In this document: positions 7,145 to 13,017 of the stretch, in pieces
Layout: each line of letters begins with the position of its first letter
How positions within the stretch are numbered: the stretch's first letter is position 1
Origin: Verrucomicrobiales bacterium
Lineage (GTDB): Bacteria; Verrucomicrobiota; Verrucomicrobiia; Verrucomicrobiales; SLCJ01
DNA length: 13,017 nt
Assembly (NCBI GenBank): GCA_046075565.1
Contig: JBJTQJ010000017.1
Location: 1-13,017 of the forward strand
Direction: 5' to 3'
The notes under the pieces: model-generated
The model's input: only the letters and a program-made list of their open reading frames with translations
Databases searched by the model: none
Told to the model about the DNA's origin: nothing
Translations under genes and position numbers: made by a program

Positions 7145-7164
7145 CTTTTGTTCCTCCTCTTGCC

Positions 7165-8706
7165 ATGTCCAGCACTCTTCTTGACGCACCTACGTCCGTC
7201 CGATCCTCTCCCGATTCTTCCGCCTCCCAAGCCGTGGTCATCGGCAGCGGCTTCGGCGGCATTGCCGCCGCCATCCGTCTGCAAGCCCGCGGCTACCAAG
7301 TCACCCTTGTCGAAATGCGCGACAAGCCGGGCGGCCGGGCCTATGTCTATGAACAAGACGGCTTCAAGTTCGACGCCGGTCCGACCATCATCACCGCGCC
7401 ATTTCTGATCGATGAATTGTTCGAACTGGCCGGGAAAAAGACCGACGACTATCTGAAAATCGTCCCCTGCTCGCCCTACTACCGCATCTATTTCCATGAT
7501 GGCCGGTATTTCGATTACAATGGCGAGGAAAAAGACATCGTGCGTGAAATCGAACGGTTCAACCCGGAAGACGTGAAGGCGTATCCGGAGTTCGTGAAGA
7601 AAAGTCAGGCCATCTTCGGTCGTGCGTTCACCGACCTTGCCGACGTGCCCTTCGGCAAACTTACCGACATGCTCAAGATCGCGCCGGACCTCGCCCTCCT
7701 GCGTGCCGACCAGAGTGTTTACAAAATGGTGTCTTCCTATTTCAAGGATGAACACGTGCGGGAAGTTTTCAGCTTCCACCCCCTGCTCATCGGAGGCAAT
7801 CCCTTCAACAGCAGCTCGATCTACTCGATGATCCATTACCTCGAGCGCAAGTGGGGTGTGCACTACGCCATGGGCGGCACCGGCGCGGTCGTGACGGCGC
7901 TAATCCAACTCTTCGAAGAATTGGGCGGAAAAGTTTTGCTCAATAGCCGCGTGGACGAAATCGAAGTTACGGCCGGACGAGCGACTGGCGTGCGTTTGGC
8001 CGGTGGCAAACGCCTACCCGCCGAGATCGTCGTGTCGAATGGCGATGTCGCCAATACCTACCGCAAGCTGATTGCACCGCAGTGGCGCAAGAAATGGACC
8101 GACCGCAAGATCGAGAAGATGCGCTATTCCATGGGATTGTTCGTGCTGTATTTCGGCACCGACCGCACCTACCCCGAACTCGCCCACCACACCATCCTGC
8201 TCACCAAACGTTACCGCGAGCTGCTCGACGACATCTTCACGAACAAGGTTCTGGCTCCCGACTTCTCGCTTTACCTGCACGCTCCGACCCGCACCGACGC
8301 GTCGATGGCGCCTCCCGGATGCGAGTGCTTCTATGTGCTCTCTCCCGTTCCGAACCTGCAGGGCAATATCGATTGGGAAAAAGAAAAAGAGGCTTATGCG
8401 GAGAAGATTCTCGAGTCCTTGGAATCGGTTTGCCCCGACCTGCGCAAGCATGTTGTCACCAAACGCATCATGACGCCGCTGGAATTCCAAGGCGACCTCG
8501 ATGCCTACGCCGGTTCCGCTTTCCAATTTGAACCGATTCTCACCCAGAGCGCGTGGTTCCGTCCGCACAACGAGAGCGAGGATGTGGGAGGACTCTACAT
8601 GGTCGGAGCGGGCACCCACCCCGGCGCCGGTCTGCCGGGTGTCTTGTCGAGCGCGAAGATCCTCGATCGTGTCGTGCCTGATCCGGTGCGTGGCAGGAAG
8701 TCCTGA
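7165..8706 (+). CDS. crtI: Phytoene desaturase / CrtI-family carotenoid desaturase, 513 aa
   Basis: AVVIGSGFGGIAAAIRLQARG (Rossmann GxGxxG), DKPGGRA, FDAGPTIIT, FSFHPLLIGGNP, GGTGA, FSLYLHAPTRTD, QSAWFRPHN, LYMVGAGTHPGAGLPGV. Confidence 0.93.
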   Translation: MSSTLLDAPTSVRSSPDSSASQAVVIGSGFGGIAAAIRLQARGYQVTLVEMRDKPGGRAYVYEQDGFKFDAGPTIITAPFLIDELFELAGKKTDDYLKIVPCSPYYRIYFHDGRYFDYNGEEKDIVREIERFNPEDVKAYPEFVKKSQAIFGRAFTDLADVPFGKLTDMLKIAPDLALLRADQSVYKMVSSYFKDEHVREVFSFHPLLIGGNPFNSSSIYSMIHYLERKWGVHYAMGGTGAVVTALIQLFEELGGKVLLNSRVDEIEVTAGRATGVRLAGGKRLPAEIVVSNGDVANTYRKLIAPQWRKKWTDRKIEKMRYSMGLFVLYFGTDRTYPELAHHTILLTKRYRELLDDIFTNKVLAPDFSLYLHAPTRTDASMAPPGCECFYVLSPVPNLQGNIDWEKEKEAYAEKILESLESVCPDLRKHVVTKRIMTPLEFQGDLDAYAGSAFQFEPILTQSAWFRPHNESEDVGGLYMVGAGTHPGAGLPGVLSSAKILDRVVPDPVRGRKS

Positions 8707-8763
8707 CTTCAGTGAAGATCGGATAGGCGGCTGTGGAGAGTCTGCGGCGAATGAAATGCACAG

Positions 8764-8867
8764 GTGTCGGACTGCGGTGGCAACCCCGACCATGTCGGGG
8801 GCGACGCCGCTTTGGGAAAAGACGCTCCGCTCCCGAAAGCGCCGTCGATGCCGGCGCACTCCAACAC
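8764..8867. repeat. REPIN-like long imperfect inverted repeat with a nested hairpin, between convergent genes
   Basis: Left GTGTCGGACTGCGGTGGCA-[ACCCCGAC-CAT-GTCGGGGG]-CGACGCCGCTTTGGGA pairs with right TCCCGAAAGCGCCGTCGATGCCGGCGCACTCCAACAC. Confidence 0.75.
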
Positions 8868-8902
8868 ATCGACTGCGCTTGCGCCGCATCGGTCAATCCA
8901 GA

Positions 8903-9985
8903 TCATCGTTCCACCACGGCAAGCGTCTCCGCGACATTGGCGGCGACAGTGCGGTTCGCGACATTGGCGGCACAACGCGCCCGGGCTTCCCTGGCCACGC
9001 AACCGCCTGACCAGTATTCAAGCGCGGGGGCCAGACGATTCACATCCCCCGGCGGCACCACGCTGCCATGCACTTCAGACTCGATGAGTTCGCCGAAGCC
9101 GTTGGCCGTCGTTGTGATCACCGGCAATCCGTGGCGTGCAGCTTCGAGACTGGCATTCGAAAAGGGATCGTAGAGCGTGGGAAGAACAAAAACATCGGCC
9201 GCCGCATACATGGGTGCCATGTCGAGAATCGGCCCCGGATAACGTGCGCGGGCATGCTTCAGATTCGGGCGCATTTTTCCTGCGCCCGCCACTACGAGGA
9301 CAGTCGATTTGTTATCCAGCATCTCCAATGCAGCCACGGCATCGGCCAACCCTTTGCGTTCCCATCCGCTGCCAGTGAAAAGAATCAGGGTTTGATCCTC
9401 GCGGATGCCGAGACGCTGACGGGTGGCCGCGCGTCCGTGCCCCGGTTCTTCCGTGCTCTCGTGGGCGGGCAAATCATACCCGTTGTAAACGAGATGAATT
9501 TTCGATTCCGGCGTGCCAAAATGCTCCCGGATTTCCCGCGCGACCATCTTCGAGTTCACGACAATCCGGTCCGCTCCGCCGCGAAAGAGTTCCTTCTCCA
9601 AGGCGAGAATTTCCCGGTGTTTCGGTTGCCAGAGGCGGAAGGCGGACTTCCATTTTGGCTCCCGCACGGCGCGGCGATCCAACCAGGCGGCGTGTACACC
9701 ATCCCCGGCCCGATAGATGTCGCACTTGTGCACCCGTTCGAGACTGAAAAGCCTATCGCAACCGAGGGCGGATCGGTTCTTCACCAGCTCGTCGGCAAAG
9801 GCCCGGGGCGTCTTCGCGGGCAGCCGGAAGATTTTCCCGTGCGGCCAGCGTTCGGCGGGCCACTCGGGACCGCTCACCAGCATGGGCTCGTGTCCATGCT
9901 GGGCCAAACCGGCCGCGAAACGTGTGAGATAACGTTCCGCGCCGCCGGTCGCCGCCCATGCTCTCCTGACCAAGGCCACTCGCAT
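8903..9985 (-). CDS. Glycosyltransferase family 4 (WaaG/RfaG-like), 360 aa
   Basis: MRVALVRRAWAATGGAERY, YRAGDGVH, VVNSKMV, VYNG, LFTGSGWERKGL, YAAADVFVLPTLYDPFSNASLEAARHGLPVITT (GT-B [E/D]x7E motif). Confidence 0.92.
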   Translation of the reverse strand: MRVALVRRAWAATGGAERYLTRFAAGLAQHGHEPMLVSGPEWPAERWPHGKIFRLPAKTPRAFADELVKNRSALGCDRLFSLERVHKCDIYRAGDGVHAAWLDRRAVREPKWKSAFRLWQPKHREILALEKELFRGGADRIVVNSKMVAREIREHFGTPESKIHLVYNGYDLPAHESTEEPGHGRAATRQRLGIREDQTLILFTGSGWERKGLADAVAALEMLDNKSTVLVVAGAGKMRPNLKHARARYPGPILDMAPMYAAADVFVLPTLYDPFSNASLEAARHGLPVITTTANGFGELIESEVHGSVVPPGDVNRLAPALEYWSGGCVAREARARCAANVANRTVAANVAETLAVVER

Positions 9986-10019
9986 GCGCCCAACATGCCG
10001 CCATTTTCCGCCCCGGCAA
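9986..10019 (-). promoter_or_regulatory. Putative leaderless promoter of the GT4 gene
   Basis: Minus strand: TTGCCG (10019-10014), 16 bp, CATGTT (9997-9992), 6 nt, ATG 9985. Confidence 0.45.
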
Positions 10020-10064
10020 TCGCCATTCGCCGAATGTCCCGCCATGGTGTAGGGTGCGCCCCGC

Positions 10065-10463
10065 ATGAGTCCACCCGAGATCCTCCAACGCTACTACGAC
10101 GCCTTCAACCGGGGCGACCGCGAGACCTTCCTTTCCCTGCTCACCGACGATGTCGAGCATTACATCAACCAGGGTGACGTTGAGCGAGGACACGATGCCT
10201 TCCGCGCCTTCATGGAAAACATGGACCGCTGGTATGCCGAGACCATCGAGGACCTCGTGATCTTCACTTCGCAGTCTCCCGACCGCGCGGCCGCCGAATT
10301 CATGGTGCGCGGAAAATACCTCGCCACTGCAGATGGCCTGCCTCCCGCCACCGGGCAAATTTATGTGTTGCCGGCCGCCGCGTTTTTCACGTTCCGTGAT
10401 GGCCGCATCGCATCCGTTCGCATGTATTACAATGCCGCCGATTGGCTGCGCCAGGTTTCCTGA
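10065..10463 (+). CDS. SnoaL/NTF2-like (ketosteroid-isomerase-related) protein, 132 aa
   Basis: ILQRYYDAFNRGDRETFLSLLTDDVEHYINQG...RAAAEFMVRGKYLATADGLPPATGQIYVLPAAAFFTFRDGRIASVRMYYN, a typical NTF2-fold pattern. Confidence 0.88.
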   Translation: MSPPEILQRYYDAFNRGDRETFLSLLTDDVEHYINQGDVERGHDAFRAFMENMDRWYAETIEDLVIFTSQSPDRAAAEFMVRGKYLATADGLPPATGQIYVLPAAAFFTFRDGRIASVRMYYNAADWLRQVS

Positions 10464-10485
10464 TCCATTAACTCATTTCTTTCCC

Positions 10486-11106
10486 ATGTCCGAAGAACAC
10501 ATTCTTGTTATCCCGCGTGCCCTATTCGATGAACTCGGGGCCTTCCACGGCCTATGTGAAGAGCCCACGCGTTATCTCGGTGCCCTGCTCGATCCCGCCA
10601 ATAACTTTTTTCTTCCCCGCGGGCCCGCCGAGGAAGACCCCTCCCACAAGCAGATCATCCCGTATTGCATTTTCCACCATCGCGGAAAAATCCTCCAGTA
10701 TGTGCGCGGCAAAAAAGGCGGGGAAGCCCGATTGCACGCGCAGGCCAGCATCGGCATCGGCGGCCATGTCAATCAGGAGGACGCCGGTGAGGAACACCTC
10801 GGCGAAAACACCTACCTACAAGGAGTGGCTCGCGAAATCGCCGAGGAAGTGGCCTTCGATGGCGGATTCACGCAGCGCGTCGTTGGATTGATCAACGACG
10901 ACACCAATCCCGTCGGTCAGGTGCACCTCGGCATCGTGCACTGGGTCGACCTGCTCGCGGATGAACCGAACTTGCGCCCGAACGAAGCGCCCATCCTTGA
11001 TGCCACCTTCCGCACTCCTTCCGAGCTTCTCGCCATGGCCGATCGTCTCGAAACGTGGTCGGCCCATTGTCTGCCCGCCCTTGATCGCTGGTTGGCTGGA
11101 AAGTGA
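10486..11106 (+). CDS. Predicted Nudix-family phosphoesterase (COG4112/YmaB-like), 206 aa
   Basis: EHILVIPR, RGPAEEDPSHKQIIPY, GEARLH...SIGIGGHVN, REIAEEV (REUXEE half of the Nudix box), GLINDDTNPVGQVHLGIV, LETWS. Confidence 0.85.
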   Translation: MSEEHILVIPRALFDELGAFHGLCEEPTRYLGALLDPANNFFLPRGPAEEDPSHKQIIPYCIFHHRGKILQYVRGKKGGEARLHAQASIGIGGHVNQEDAGEEHLGENTYLQGVAREIAEEVAFDGGFTQRVVGLINDDTNPVGQVHLGIVHWVDLLADEPNLRPNEAPILDATFRTPSELLAMADRLETWSAHCLPALDRWLAGK

Positions 11107-11116
11107 AGGTGCTTCC

Positions 11117-11431
11117 ATGAAGATCCTCCCGATCATCCTTTTCCTGCTCGTCGTCGGCGTGACTTTTGCCCTCGCGGAAAAAAAAGCGCCATTGCCGCCC
11201 GCCGCCCGTCCAGCCCGGAGGGTCATGTTCCTTTCCGCGCTTGTCGGCGCGCTCGGTTTCGGCTGGCTGGCCTATTCACTGGTCATCGGCGGCCCGAAAT
11301 GGTGGGTCTTCACCGCACCGCTCTGCATCGTCGGAGCCATCACCGGTATCCTGCTCAGTGCCCGCGCCATGCGCCTCGCGCTTTTTCAGCAATCAAAGCC
11401 CGGACCAGATGCCCACAAGCTGGAACGGTGA
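11117..11431 (+). CDS. Small hypothetical membrane protein, 104 aa, three hydrophobic segments
   Basis: MKILPIILFLLVVGVTFALA / VMFLSALVGALGFGWLAYSLVI / WWVFTAPLCIVGAITGILLSA. Starts 10 bp after the Nudix stop, with GAAGG at 11105-11109 as a possible SD. Confidence 0.6.
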   Translation: MKILPIILFLLVVGVTFALAEKKAPLPPAARPARRVMFLSALVGALGFGWLAYSLVIGGPKWWVFTAPLCIVGAITGILLSARAMRLALFQQSKPGPDAHKLER

Positions 11432-11533
11432 ACCGGATCGACCCGCCCGGACCGCCGACGCAGGCCTTGGTCCAAATGAGACAACGCGTGGTTCCAACCC
11501 GGGAAAAGCGAAGTCATTCCCCCGATTCCGGGT

Positions 11534-11568
11534 TTGACAATCTTTCGGACCGGGGAACCGTAGCGCTC
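11534..11568 (+). promoter_or_regulatory. Putative leaderless promoter of the FKBP gene
   Basis: TTGACA (11534-11539), 16 bp, AACCGT (11556-11561; compare TACCGT at valS), 7 nt, ATG 11569. Confidence 0.55.
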
Positions 11569-12411
<843 letters not shown>

Positions 12412-12428
12412 TTCTCCATGCTGTCATC

Positions 12429-13017
12429 TCAGCGGGCTTCCCGAAAAAGCCCAACTCCGAAGACTCTCCGCCGGAAGATGGCGGCGACTCCGGGCATCAT
12501 CGGAAACTCGAGTAAAAAGTATATCGCGAGGACCGCTATACTTTCCATGCCTCCGGGGATCGCGATCAGGATGGCCGTCGCTACTCCGAGGTTCCGCGTT
12601 GGAGCGCAAAGGACGAATGCTGGCGCATGTTCGCGGGAGAGGCGCAGCAGGAACGCCGCGGCGAACGCCAGCAACGTCGACAATAGAAGGAATTGCACCG
12701 AGGCACTCGCCGCCTCCATTCCCATGGCGATGATTCCATCCCATCGGTGGATCACTGTCGCGGTTAGAACCACCAGGATCCCCAACCCGCTAGCACGGGC
12801 AAAAGCCGGCGCATATCGTTTCGACCATTCCTGGAAGCGCCGGGCCAACCAGATGCCGATGCAGACCGGCAGCACGATCAGGAGAACCACGCGGGCGAAC
12901 ATCGCGGGTGAACCCGCGCCAAACCAGCCCGCCTCGAGTCCAAGCCAACGAAAGATGGCGATACTGGTTCCCAACACCAAAGGCGTCGCCAGACAGGACG
13001 ATAAATTGAGGGCCAAA
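12429..13017 (-). CDS. Bile acid:sodium symporter (BASS/SBF) family transporter, 5'-truncated by the window edge
   Basis: Multi-pass hydrophobic ORF: SSCLATPLVL...VLLIVLPVCIGIWLARRF...LRLSREHAPAFVLCAPTRNLGVATAI, matching the BASS TP / LPxxxG / (Q/R)NxGxA pattern. Confidence 0.75.
   Translation of the reverse strand, partial: LALNLSSCLATPLVLGTSIAIFRWLGLEAGWFGAGSPAMFARVVLLIVLPVCIGIWLARRFQEWSKRYAPAFARASGLGILVVLTATVIHRWDGIIAMGMEAASASVQFLLLSTLLAFAAAFLLRLSREHAPAFVLCAPTRNLGVATAILIAIPGGMESIAVLAIYFLLEFPMMPGVAAIFRRRVFGVGLFREAR

Noticed and set aside
8903..9985. GT4 as a carotenoid glycosyltransferase (CrtX/CrtQ)
   Set aside because: CrtX is GT1 and CrtQ is GT2. This protein resembles WaaG-like envelope GT4 enzymes and is convergent to, not operonic with, crtI.
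9068..10177. 369-aa + strand ORF (also 7066-7863, 8014-8889 and 11386-12174 on the - strand)
   Set aside because: Antisense shadows of the GT4, crtI and FKBP genes, with no independent coding evidence.
11299..11568. 90-aa N-terminal extension of the FKBP ORF
   Set aside because: It overlaps the upstream membrane ORF. A clear signal peptide and promoter place the start at 11569.

Overview
GC-rich bacterial chromosomal DNA, most likely Verrucomicrobiota. The taxonomy is inferred from gene style, SD-less starts and repeat types, not proven. Gene order: partial tyrS (-), YdjA-like nitroreductase (+), valS (+), orphan thiH (-), a crtE/idsA-like prenyltransferase with degenerate motifs plus crtI (+), GT4 glycosyltransferase (-), SnoaL/NTF2-like protein + COG4112-type Nudix protein + small membrane protein (+), secreted two-domain FKBP PPIase (+), and a partial bile acid:sodium symporter (-). 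I see no transposase, integrase, CRISPR array or RNA gene, so most of the window is ordinary housekeeping. Three signals stand out. (1) A recurring leaderless promoter layout (TTGnnn-16 to 18 bp-[T/C/A]AnnnT-5 to 7 nt-ATG) precedes five genes. (2) REP/REPIN-like palindromes occupy four intergenic spacers, one expanded into a 13-bp GATC-containing tandem array. (3) The crtE-like gene has lost key residues of its second Asp-rich motif and is paired with crtI with no crtB in the window.
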